Below, in pieces: positions 44,625-52,571 of a stretch of DNA of 52,571 bases (positions are counted from its first letter, which is position 1; the number at the start of each line of letters is the position of its first letter). Origin of the DNA: a virus (lineage: Duplodnaviria > Caudoviricetes); IMG/VR virus record IMGVR_UViG_3300009514_000035, positions 1-52,571 of that record; one strand, written 5' to 3'. A model generated the notes under the pieces. It had not been told where the DNA came from, searched no databases, and saw only the letters and a list, made by a program, of their open reading frames with translations. The translations under genes were made by a program, and so were the position numbers.

Positions 44625-46859
44625 TTACCTGCCTTTGATTTTCTTACCGATCAGATCGATAAAGGCCGACTTGATGTAGACGTCACTCTCGCCATCGAGG
44701 AAGTCCGTCTCCGAACTCTTCTCGTAGGTGTTGCGACGCGGTTTCGGTTTAGGTTTCGCCGACTTGTCTGGGTCTGGCGGTCCAACATAGCTGATGTTGC
44801 AGGTCTTGATTGCCCGCGTGACGGCGACATAGAGCAGTCTGAGTTCCTCGTCTGCGTCCTCCGCTCTCGCACATGGAAACCGGCCCTGGACCACGTCCAC
44901 CAGAAACACGTTTCCCCATTCTAGCCCCTTGCATCGATGGATGGTGGAGAGTACGAGCGCGTCGGACTTGTCGCTCTCTTTTTTTCTCAGCCCGCTCTTC
45001 TTTGCTTGTTGCACGGCGACGGTCAGCCGGTCGACGTAGATCAGAAACTCTCGCACCGACCGGAACAGTACGGCCATCCGTTGCAGGGCGGTCAGCATGG
45101 CCTGTTTGGACTCATCCAGGCCCAGCAGTCCTTCCTCGCGGCGGAGCTCTTCTAGGTAGTCGGTGCGGCGCAGGGTGACACCGATCATCTGGGCTGGCCC
45201 GGCCAACATCCGGTCGATGTCGTCGCTCTTCGGCTCGACTGGTGGCGTCTTGCCGGCGGCTTCGGCCTCGGCGCACGCGGCCAGATGCTCCTGATGGGCT
45301 TGCTCCCGTTCACCGGCGAGCACCGCGATCTCATTCAACTCTTGCAGCAGCTTGTACAGATCTTCCAACGAGTTTCGCTGACGGTAGTTCAGTTTGTTCA
45401 TCTTCAACATCATCGCGTCCAACAGCGATATGCCATTGGCCGTGGCGAAGGATTCGCACATTCCGATGAAGGCATTGCCGATGTATCGAAATGGGCGATT
45501 GATGATGTGCCGCAGCCAACGACCCTCTTCGTCGTATCCAGCGGCGACGCGCAAGTAGGCGAGGATGTCTTTCACTTCTCGTGACTCGAAGAACGAGCCC
45601 GACGCCATCTTGATGTATGGAATGCGATTGCGAATGCAAGCGATCTCTGCGAGGTCCAACCCCACACGCAATCTGGACAGCACGGCGCACGAACGCAGAC
45701 CGGAGTCTTGTGCGATAGCCATGCACTGCGCGATCACGTCATCGGCTTCCGCCTGCGAGGTGTCGTACCGCGCAATCTTCACAGCCTTGGGTGCCGCCTC
45801 AGGAACGGCGGGCTGAATCTTACCAGCGAGGTGCCACGGGCGACCTTTCACGATATGGGTACCGACGTCGCATATCTGCGAGTTCGATCGATAGTTCACC
45901 GGCAGCACGTACGTCGTCACGTCCTTGTGTTTCGAGTACTCCACAAACAGTGTTGGCTCGGCTGACCGCCAACCAAAGATTGACTGGGAGGGATCTCCGC
46001 CAACCATGAGACTGTGCGGTCGGTCGTCGATGACTGGCGGTTCGTCCAGCGCCGACGTTGCTGGGATGCACGAGTCGAGGCCGACAAGAAAGCGGGAGAT
46101 GTCCCACTGCACAGGGTTGGAATCCTGCGCCTCGTCGACGATGACGACGGACCAACGACCACGCCAGCGCTCGCGAGACATCGGATCAACGGCGAGTTGC
46201 ATCCACGCCCACAGTAGCATATCGTCGAAGCCGTACAGTCCCAAGCTTCCACGTCGCTGCTCGAACGCGATGAACACGTCAAGCAGCTTGTGTCGAGGCA
46301 GGCCGGCGAGGTGTCTGTAGTTGTCGGCCTGACGTAGCATCACTTCCTCAGATCTCATGTTGAGACCGAAGGGGTCGGTGTAGACGTAGCACAAACCGCG
46401 AGCCTTGCAGGCTTCGACGTAGCGAGACACGCCTTCGAGGTCGACACCAGTGTTCGGTATCTTGCGGTCCTTGCGCATACCTCCGAGAGTCTTCTTCAAC
46501 TCGAGGTGCAGTTGGTTGCGTTCATCGAGTCGGTAGTCCTGGAACATCGCCGTGTCGGACGCGATGATCTGTCGGCACACCGAATGAATCGTACCTACCC
46601 TTGCCGTGTGAATGCCGAGCGACTTCAGACGGTCTGTCATCTCCTGGGCGGCAGCACGCGTGAAAGTCATTGCGAGGATGTACTGCGGGTCAAGACCGTC
46701 GGCGACCATGCGTGCGATACGGGCGACGATAGTGCGTGTCTTGCCGGACCCAGGTACTCCGATCAGACAGGCTTGTTCTTGGCCGACATTGATGGCACGA
46801 GTCTGATGCTCGTTCAACCCATCGAATAGGGTTTGTAGTGGCGCGCTGTAGTTTGTCAT
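44625..46859 (-). CDS. uvrD: UvrD/Rep/PcrA-family SF1 helicase
   Basis: LNEHQ, GVPGSGKT, MTFTRAAA, GTIHS, VDEAQD, GGDPSQSIFGWR, NYRS, STIHRCKGLEW, EELRLLYVAVTRA. Confidence 0.95.
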   Translation of the reverse strand: MTNYSAPLQTLFDGLNEHQTRAINVGQEQACLIGVPGSGKTRTIVARIARMVADGLDPQYILAMTFTRAAAQEMTDRLKSLGIHTARVGTIHSVCRQIIASDTAMFQDYRLDERNQLHLELKKTLGGMRKDRKIPNTGVDLEGVSRYVEACKARGLCYVYTDPFGLNMRSEEVMLRQADNYRHLAGLPRHKLLDVFIAFEQRRGSLGLYGFDDMLLWAWMQLAVDPMSRERWRGRWSVVIVDEAQDSNPVQWDISRFLVGLDSCIPATSALDEPPVIDDRPHSLMVGGDPSQSIFGWRSAEPTLFVEYSKHKDVTTYVLPVNYRSNSQICDVGTHIVKGRPWHLAGKIQPAVPEAAPKAVKIARYDTSQAEADDVIAQCMAIAQDSGLRSCAVLSRLRVGLDLAEIACIRNRIPYIKMASGSFFESREVKDILAYLRVAAGYDEEGRWLRHIINRPFRYIGNAFIGMCESFATANGISLLDAMMLKMNKLNYRQRNSLEDLYKLLQELNEIAVLAGEREQAHQEHLAACAEAEAAGKTPPVEPKSDDIDRMLAGPAQMIGVTLRRTDYLEELRREEGLLGLDESKQAMLTALQRMAVLFRSVREFLIYVDRLTVAVQQAKKSGLRKKESDKSDALVLSTIHRCKGLEWGNVFLVDVVQGRFPCARAEDADEELRLLYVAVTRAIKTCNISYVGPPDPDKSAKPKPKPRRNTYEKSSETDFLDGESDVYIKSAFIDLIGKKIKGR

Positions 46860-47459
46860 TTATTGTGGTCCTGGATGTGGCCTCCCGGCCTCTGTGAATA
46901 ATTTGTTGAAAAATTTGATGGCCTGCTCTTTGGTGACCGGCTTCATAGCAATCAACAAGTTCGTGCCATGCGCCCACAAGTGCAGGTCCAACCCGCTAGT
47001 GACGATGATGAAGTTGATGGCGCCGTATCGGTAACTAATGTCGCCGGAGCCCTCACGCTGCTCTTGCTTCTCAGCAAAAAGAGGAAACAAGGCCATAAGT
47101 TCTGGACTGGGCCAAATCACAATGTCGACGTCAGACGTCGGTCCAGGTGTACCGTAGGCCCTGGAACCGGTCAGCACGCAATTACTCGGTAACCCGCCAG
47201 TAGGCAAGGTGTGCACCGGCAACGAAGGCGGTGGTGGCACTGGAGGCGTCCACGCCTGAGGTGACGGTCGCCACGGCGATGGGGTAGGAAATACGGCAGG
47301 TCTACCAGGTGGAGGTACTGGCGGATACGCGACGACTGCCGGCGCCACGGCTGCAGGTTTGTGCGCTTTGCCCGCGCAACTGTCGCACGGCATACCCGCG
47401 TTGGCCCCGGTGCCGTTGCAGTCTCCGCAGGGTTCAAGTTCTTGCTCGTTATCTGCCAC
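46860..47459 (-). CDS. Minimal Pol-beta-like nucleotidyltransferase with an N-terminal DnaJ-type Zn finger and Pro-rich linker
   Basis: LTGSRAYG.....SDVDIV; CGDCNGTG...CDSCAG; GTG start at 47459 with a GGAGA RBS. Confidence 0.72.
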   Translation of the reverse strand: MADNEQELEPCGDCNGTGANAGMPCDSCAGKAHKPAAVAPAVVAYPPVPPPGRPAVFPTPSPWRPSPQAWTPPVPPPPSLPVHTLPTGGLPSNCVLTGSRAYGTPGPTSDVDIVIWPSPELMALFPLFAEKQEQREGSGDISYRYGAINFIIVTSGLDLHLWAHGTNLLIAMKPVTKEQAIKFFNKLFTEAGRPHPGPQ

Positions 47460-47510
47460 AGTTAATCTCCAGTGCTCACCCGGCACAACACCGGGTGAGC
47501 GTGCTTGTTG

Positions 47511-50105
47511 TTATTCTGCTTGCGGAGGATTCGTACCGAGGTCCCACCACGCTTCGCAGATCTGCTCGGCGATTGCACGATGGGTCATCTTGCCACGATG
47601 CACCGTGGCCTTCGGCTTCCGCTTCTTCTTTTTGCTGCCAGGTGGTGGCTCTTCGACAGGCGGAGCGGGTTCCGTGTACATCCAGTTGAAGCTCTTCTCC
47701 GTCACGGTGATGCTCACCGAGATGCCATTGGCCTCAGCTAACGGACCAAAGGGCGGGAACTCCGTCTCGACAGGCCACGCGTCACGCAGAGCCAACACTA
47801 GTTGTGCCAACACCGTCTGCCTGGTGTGATTCGGCACCAAGTATTTCTCCTGCTTGAAGAGCTCGGTGGTCCGTATCGACGCGGCAAACGTCTTCAGCAC
47901 GATGGCGCTCAACGCAGCGCGGACCGCCGCCTTTGTTTTTCGCACAGCATCCGCGTCCGCCTTCTTGGGGTCGGACAGTCTTGCAGCCCGTTTCACGGCG
48001 GCCGGTGGCTCGAACAAGCGCTCCAGTGTGAAGATGCGATGCGGCTCCACGCGATACATAGCGTCCAACACGGTCTGCCCGCCGTTGTCGCAGAGGTGGA
48101 AGAACGGACACAGGCCATAGCGACCGACGCACTGCGAGTGGTTCTTCGCCCACAGGTTGATATCGCCACGGCACTCAGGAGAGTCCAGTCGTCGATAGAA
48201 CTCGGCGGCGACGGGGATGAGCTCGTCATGCAGGAAGCGTTCAAGTGTCGGCTCATCGGTGACGGTCTCGACGCGGTGGAACGAGCGGTCCGGGTCGGGC
48301 TTCGCATGCTTCGCGGCGACCGAGAAGATCATGCCTCGCAGCGGACCGAACTTTTCTGCCTCGTCTGAGCGCAAGTAGCAAATGGCGTTCATCAGAAACT
48401 GGCCGTCCATCGCGTAGCCTTTGACCATGTCGTAGGTCATCTGGCCAGTGGTTTTGCGGTCGACGATGTAGATGCCGGACTCCACTGGACCTGGAGGGGC
48501 GCAGGGATCTCCGGGCCGGCGTTTGGCGATCAACGTATCGTGTCGACAGCTGAACGGGAGGTAGACGTTCTTGCCGTTGATGCGGATGGGGTCAGCCCAG
48601 AAGACGGCATTCGCCTCCACGGCGCGGATGTCCCACTCGTCTGCTTCTTGCTGCGCATATTTCTGCAGCTCGACGAAGAAGAGTTGTTGCACCTCGGCAG
48701 CGAGCTTTGGTGCGCCTGCCTTGCGGATGGCATCGCAGACTTCGTCGTACGGACGTTGGCCCCCGAAGACGTAGCGGAGCTCCCAGCAGGCGTGGTAGGC
48801 CGAGCCGAACTGCAGCGCCTTGGCCGGCTTCTTTGGCACCAGACCACGAATGTGCGTGTAGTAGGCTTTGCGCCAGCATTGCATGCAGGGCTCTAGGGTG
48901 TGCCAGGAGAAGCCGCCCTCTGATGGACCGCCGATCAGTCCCGGCACCGAGTCGATGGCCGCATTGACATCAACGATACCTTCGCCGCCGATGTCGCCGA
49001 GGAGCTCGGATAAGACGTTTGTACTCTCAGGCAACCCCAGCGTGGCGGTCGCCTTGGCGGGCTCACCCACGGTCATTGCCGGCGCGACAACCGCTGCCGG
49101 TGCAGCTGCGGCAGCGACACGAAGCGACCACTCCGTGCCATTCCAGTCGTAGATCGAGCCATCCTCGGCGACGTGGATGTGCGGATGCGCGACCTCTTGA
49201 GCGGGCTGAGCCTCTGCGACGACTTGGGCGGCGTAGGCTTGAGTCGACAGCGTCGGTGGTTCTGGGGTGGTTTGTGGTACAGCCACGGGTGGCTCAGCTG
49301 GTGACGCTTTGGCTTGCGGTGTGGCTTCCAGGCTGGAAGCAGGTGCCGGGGTCTCGACTTTGCCGATGTTCCCGAACATGGCGGTCAGGGTGGTGGTCTC
49401 GGCTCCGGCGCCGTTGCTTGGCGCGGCGACAGCTGTGGCGTGGAGGCCGCCACCTGGCATCTCGGGCAGGTCGGCCATGCTGAGGCCAGTGCCGCCGTCG
49501 ATTGACGGCGTAGTCACGGGCTCGGCGGCAACAGGATCGATAGCGGTGGCTACTGGTGCCTCAGCCACTGCAGTCGGCGGGGTCGGCGTAGCTGGTGTTA
49601 CAGGTTGCGACGGAACAGCAGCCTGCGACGGTTGCGAACTATCTTGACCTTCACCCGGCATTGGTGGTAGGTTCGTGCCAAGTGCGGAATCCGAAGTGAC
49701 CGGTGGTTGGGGGTCAGAGGGGGGTGGTGTATTCTCACTTACTTTTGTTTCTGCGGCCGGTGCGGCGCCCTGCTTCGCGGTCGGCGCAGGCAACTGAGGC
49801 TGTGGTAGCACCCCGGTTACTGGTTTCGTTTTCGATTCGTTTTTCGTCTTCTCTTTGTTTTTTGCCATAGTTGGCGGCTCCTCGCTTCCTACTGTTACGC
49901 TGGCTATTCTTCGGCGACCGACGACCCCTGGGGTCCTCCGATCGCACGTTTTACAGGCGTCTCTCAGACTGCCGAGAGGCGCGCCTTTGCTTACTTTACC
50001 TTGCTCACATCCCTCAGTTAGCAGGTATCCGGCGTCACCAGCCCCTTCCTGCGTTAGCGCGATATCGTCGCGGCACGATGCACGAAATGCGTACAATTTC
50101 CCCAT
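47511..50105 (-). CDS. PD-(D/E)XK (RecB/Cas4-like) Fe-S nuclease with a long disordered N-terminus
   Basis: C..CWRKAYY, FGSAYH, AVE, RHDTLI, IVDRKT, Q.....Y, CVGRYGLCPFFHLC; possible second start at 49868. Confidence 0.8.
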   Translation of the reverse strand: MGKLYAFRASCRDDIALTQEGAGDAGYLLTEGCEQGKVSKGAPLGSLRDACKTCDRRTPGVVGRRRIASVTVGSEEPPTMAKNKEKTKNESKTKPVTGVLPQPQLPAPTAKQGAAPAAETKVSENTPPPSDPQPPVTSDSALGTNLPPMPGEGQDSSQPSQAAVPSQPVTPATPTPPTAVAEAPVATAIDPVAAEPVTTPSIDGGTGLSMADLPEMPGGGLHATAVAAPSNGAGAETTTLTAMFGNIGKVETPAPASSLEATPQAKASPAEPPVAVPQTTPEPPTLSTQAYAAQVVAEAQPAQEVAHPHIHVAEDGSIYDWNGTEWSLRVAAAAAPAAVVAPAMTVGEPAKATATLGLPESTNVLSELLGDIGGEGIVDVNAAIDSVPGLIGGPSEGGFSWHTLEPCMQCWRKAYYTHIRGLVPKKPAKALQFGSAYHACWELRYVFGGQRPYDEVCDAIRKAGAPKLAAEVQQLFFVELQKYAQQEADEWDIRAVEANAVFWADPIRINGKNVYLPFSCRHDTLIAKRRPGDPCAPPGPVESGIYIVDRKTTGQMTYDMVKGYAMDGQFLMNAICYLRSDEAEKFGPLRGMIFSVAAKHAKPDPDRSFHRVETVTDEPTLERFLHDELIPVAAEFYRRLDSPECRGDINLWAKNHSQCVGRYGLCPFFHLCDNGGQTVLDAMYRVEPHRIFTLERLFEPPAAVKRAARLSDPKKADADAVRKTKAAVRAALSAIVLKTFAASIRTTELFKQEKYLVPNHTRQTVLAQLVLALRDAWPVETEFPPFGPLAEANGISVSITVTEKSFNWMYTEPAPPVEEPPPGSKKKKRKPKATVHRGKMTHRAIAEQICEAWWDLGTNPPQAE

Positions 50106-50189
50106 GTTGAGGTCTCCTCTTTACTTGCGATGTGTGGGCTAGTTGCTGGCCAGCCGGAATAATCATAGTAGATCAAACGTTTGCGGGTG

Positions 50190-50990
50190 TCAACTCCCCT
50201 TTACTAGTTGACATATAACAGAAAACACGGAGAAGCAAAAGAGCAGAATGTAGAACCACGCGGGCGGCCTGGGGATGTCCGAACCGAGAAAATGGAAGGT
50301 CGCGCCATCGTACTCTTCGGCCGATTCCTCGGGCTCAGGCTCCTCTTTGGGCTTCTTCACGGCGGACAGTGCGCCCTTGGCGTAAAGTTCGGCGAGCAGT
50401 ACGGCGTCGCCTTCGTCACCGTCCTCATCGATCTGGACGGCCATCCGGTTCACCTGGAAGCCGCCATCCTTGTAGTGCTGCTCGCGCTGCTTCGACTGCT
50501 CTTGGTAGGGCTCGGTGTCTGGCCCGACGTCCTGCCAGTCGTAGATGGTGTAATGCGCCTTCGCCTCTTCGAGCCTGACGCCGCGACCGCCGCCTTGTTT
50601 GAGCCAGATCGGAGCTTGCCCGGCGCCGGCCCATAGGACCCACTCGAGGCAGGGGATGTCGATGCCGGTTGACCAGACCATGCAGCAGACGGCGACGGGG
50701 ATCGACGGATCGCGCTCCCTCATTCTATCTGCTAGATCTTCTCGTTTCTTGCGGGGCATGTCCGAGGTCACGGTCGGAACCTTCCAGCCGGTCAGCTCGA
50801 CGATGGCTTCGGTCAAGAGCTCGGCGTGGCGCTTCAACCGGCAGAACACGATGCCCGGACGCGCGTCGTTATCGATCAGATCTGCGACGAATTGAGCTAT
50901 CGCAGCAGATCGGTAAGAGTCCTCAACGATTACGCGGTCGTACCTTGATTTGGGTTTCATCTGCGACATGCGCGAACTATCCTTTAACAC
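50190..50990 (-). CDS. Stand-alone SF2 helicase C-terminal (RecA2) domain with a C-terminal transmembrane helix
   Basis: GIVFC..KRHAELL, WSTGIDIP, LKQGGGRGVR, YTIYDW; no Walker A or DExx; ends WFYILLFCFSVFSVICQLV. Likely start is ATG 50969. Confidence 0.72.
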   Translation of the reverse strand: MLKDSSRMSQMKPKSRYDRVIVEDSYRSAAIAQFVADLIDNDARPGIVFCRLKRHAELLTEAIVELTGWKVPTVTSDMPRKKREDLADRMRERDPSIPVAVCCMVWSTGIDIPCLEWVLWAGAGQAPIWLKQGGGRGVRLEEAKAHYTIYDWQDVGPDTEPYQEQSKQREQHYKDGGFQVNRMAVQIDEDGDEGDAVLLAELYAKGALSAVKKPKEEPEPEESAEEYDGATFHFLGSDIPRPPAWFYILLFCFSVFSVICQLVKGS

Positions 50991-51042
50991 GTGTTCGAAA
51001 TCATTCTACTATCCCCGCGAACATTCCTTACAAATCCGAAAA
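50985..51042. repeat. Right copy of the 58-bp inverted repeat; includes a TAGAAT -10-like hexamer on the minus strand
   Basis: TAACACGTGTTCGAAATCATTCTACTATCCCCGCGAACATTCCTTACAAATCCGAAAA versus the reverse complement of 44488-44545. Confidence 0.88.
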
Positions 51043-51052
51043 CCATCCGCAC

Positions 51053-51283
51053 TTAGGGGGCCTGGGTTGGGGTGGGTAACGCTTTCTCCATTGGGCATGT
51101 GGCATGATCGTGGTTGTCGCTGAGCCACATTCCACACTCACACTGCCAGACGTCGCCACAATGGCGGCAGCTGGCTGCGTGGTTTCCGGTGATGACTCCG
51201 ACTCCGACGTCGGCCTCGTCGCAGATGGCTACGGCGTTGGGCTTGCCGCACACTGGGCAATCGATAATGTCTCCGTCTCTCAT
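51053..51283 (-). CDS. Small Cys-rich Zn-finger protein
   Basis: CPVC, CRHC, CEC...H...C; GGAGGAG RBS. Confidence 0.65.
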   Translation of the reverse strand: MRDGDIIDCPVCGKPNAVAICDEADVGVGVITGNHAASCRHCGDVWQCECGMWLSDNHDHATCPMEKALPTPTQAP

Positions 51284-51286
51284 GAT

Positions 51287-51508
51287 CTACTCCTCCAGCA
51301 GGCCCGCATCGGTGCTTCTGCTGAGTCTGATGGCGGCCTCTGTGATGCTCTCCAGACTTTGGCCTGTGACCTGGCTCAACTTGACCAACTGCTTGATGGT
51401 GAGGGCGCGCTTGCCTGAGGGTGCGATCTCCACCTTCCTGTGTGACCGATGGTTGAGGGCTTCGTGCCACTCACCTTCGATGTAGAGCTCTCGCCTATCC
51501 GTCTTCAT
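51287..51508 (-). CDS. Small protein with an XRE-like helical C-terminus
   Basis: ATGA-coupled start at 51508; SGKRALTIKQLVKLSQVTGQSLESI. Confidence 0.5.
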   Translation of the reverse strand: MKTDRRELYIEGEWHEALNHRSHRKVEIAPSGKRALTIKQLVKLSQVTGQSLESITEAAIRLSRSTDAGLLEE

Positions 51509-51696
51509 TTGCGCTCCTCTTTTGTGGAGCACCGCCCACACATGTCCGGAGGGGTGGGCCGTTCGTCGGTGAACTCCAGGGTGGTGAAGTCCCCCTTGGC
51601 TCCACACGCCGGTCGGTCAAGCGCGTTTTTGTGTGTCTTGTGGTCTCTCCACCCATGCAGGAGGGGGCAGTGCAGTGCAGGTCCTTCGTTGCTCAT
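51505..51696 (-). CDS. Small Cys/His protein
   Basis: ATGA-coupled start at 51696; H...CG...CGRC. Confidence 0.55.
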   Translation of the reverse strand: MSNEGPALHCPLLHGWRDHKTHKNALDRPACGAKGDFTTLEFTDERPTPPDMCGRCSTKEERK

Positions 51697-51968
51697 AGTG
51701 CTCTCCGTCCGCCGGTGATCAGCGAGAAGTGGGTGAGGTCCTTGTTGTAAAAATTGCGGTAGCCGTTGCCAGCCTTCCACCAGCATGGATAACAAAGGCT
51801 CGTGAGCTGATTGATTGGCTCGCCCTCGCGTTCTGCTTTCGACAGGCTACGGTCAGTGGTGTGCCCGCAGCAGAGTGTGAGGTGCACCCGCTTCCCCCCT
51901 CTCGGTCCCTCGTACGGTCTGGTGGCTGTCACTCGGCGCCACGGTATTGGATCCCACGGCCACTTCAT
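51693..51968 (-). CDS. Small Zn-binding hypothetical protein
   Basis: LCCGH...CYPC; ATGA overlaps at both ends. Confidence 0.6.
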   Translation of the reverse strand: MKWPWDPIPWRRVTATRPYEGPRGGKRVHLTLCCGHTTDRSLSKAEREGEPINQLTSLCYPCWWKAGNGYRNFYNKDLTHFSLITGGRRAL

Positions 51969-52381
51969 CCGGAGTACCCGTCGTGCCCTTTATCGGACCC
52001 TCGCCCCCAGTCGCCGGTGGCCGGTTTCTGGTTGTCCGGATGTTTGGGGCAGGCCGTCTCATGCGACTCACCGAGATGCCGATCTAGGCAGGTGCAGTGC
52101 AATGGCCCCGCGTCTGCTGTTTTAGTCTTCTCCCGCACCTCAGCACGCAGAGCACGTTCCGCCCCTGCACTGAGGAGCCCATCGCCACTGAACACTTGAT
52201 AGGCGGGCAAGTGCCTGCCACACGCCGGGCAGCGCACGTACTCGTAGGTTCCTCGTTCGCCTCGTCCAACTTGAATGTCGTTTCGAACGAACAGAATTCT
52301 GGAGTCGCAGGCGTGGCAGGTATGCAAGGCGTTGCGAGGGATTTCTTTTATTGCTTTACCTTTGGTGATAATCAGCGCCAT
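51965..52381 (-). CDS. Zn-ribbon hypothetical protein
   Basis: CHAC...CPAC, then CTC...H...CPKH; start taken at ATG 52381. Confidence 0.6.
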   Translation of the reverse strand: MALIITKGKAIKEIPRNALHTCHACDSRILFVRNDIQVGRGERGTYEYVRCPACGRHLPAYQVFSGDGLLSAGAERALRAEVREKTKTADAGPLHCTCLDRHLGESHETACPKHPDNQKPATGDWGRGSDKGHDGYSG

Positions 52382-52385
52382 CGGT

Positions 52386-52571
52386 CTATTTCCTTTCCAT
52401 TGCTTCAATCCAGTACGCGCGGCGCACGCGTTTATCCTCGTCTTTGCTGAGTATGTTCTTCTTGGTGAACACCGTGTTGGCCGCCAGCAAGATGTTGCAC
52501 ACTGGGCACGACACGAACCGAATCTCCTTCATGTTTCCGTGCTGGTCCATTTGCGGCACGACGTGGACGTC
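52386..52571 (-). CDS. Partial hypothetical protein running off the window end
   Basis: Open frame ...FVSCPVCNILLAANTVF...EAMERK ending in TAG at 52386. Confidence 0.45.
   Translation of the reverse strand, partial: DVHVVPQMDQHGNMKEIRFVSCPVCNILLAANTVFTKKNILSKDEDKRVRRAYWIEAMERK

Noticed and set aside
30708-50105. Type IV CRISPR-Cas (DinG plus Cas4-like nuclease)
   Set aside because: No repeat-spacer array and no Cas5/6/7-like genes seen; both genes fit phage recombination and repair.

Overview
A 52.6-kb, gene-dense, GC-rich segment of a large tailed dsDNA phage (or prophage) with a contractile tail. The left half (+ strand, 1-29155) holds baseplate spike, tube-initiator, gp25 and baseplate-J genes, tail and fibre proteins, an isolated terS-terL pair, and an array of paralogous tailspike-like genes alternating with small partner genes. 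An RF1-like peptide chain release factor is inserted antisense after terL. The right half (mostly - strand) holds an amidase endolysin and a replication/recombination module: DinG, HNH, family A polymerase, family 4 UDG, DUF669-like SSB, Sak4-like ATPase, SNF2, RepA-like and UvrD helicases, a nucleotidyltransferase, an Fe-S PD-(D/E)XK nuclease and a membrane-anchored half-helicase. Most notable: (1) a naturally split uracil-DNA glycosylase whose missing catalytic HPAALLR segment is the N-terminus of the DNA polymerase, with an unrelated ORF between the halves; (2) a 58-bp, 49/58-identical inverted repeat bracketing the UvrD-to-half-helicase block; (3) the tailspike plus Zn-ribbon partner array; (4) an RF1-like gene together with near-absence of TGA stops in virion genes. 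All calls come from motif reading by eye; no database searches were run. No tRNA, rRNA, CRISPR array, integrase, portal or capsid gene was recognised.
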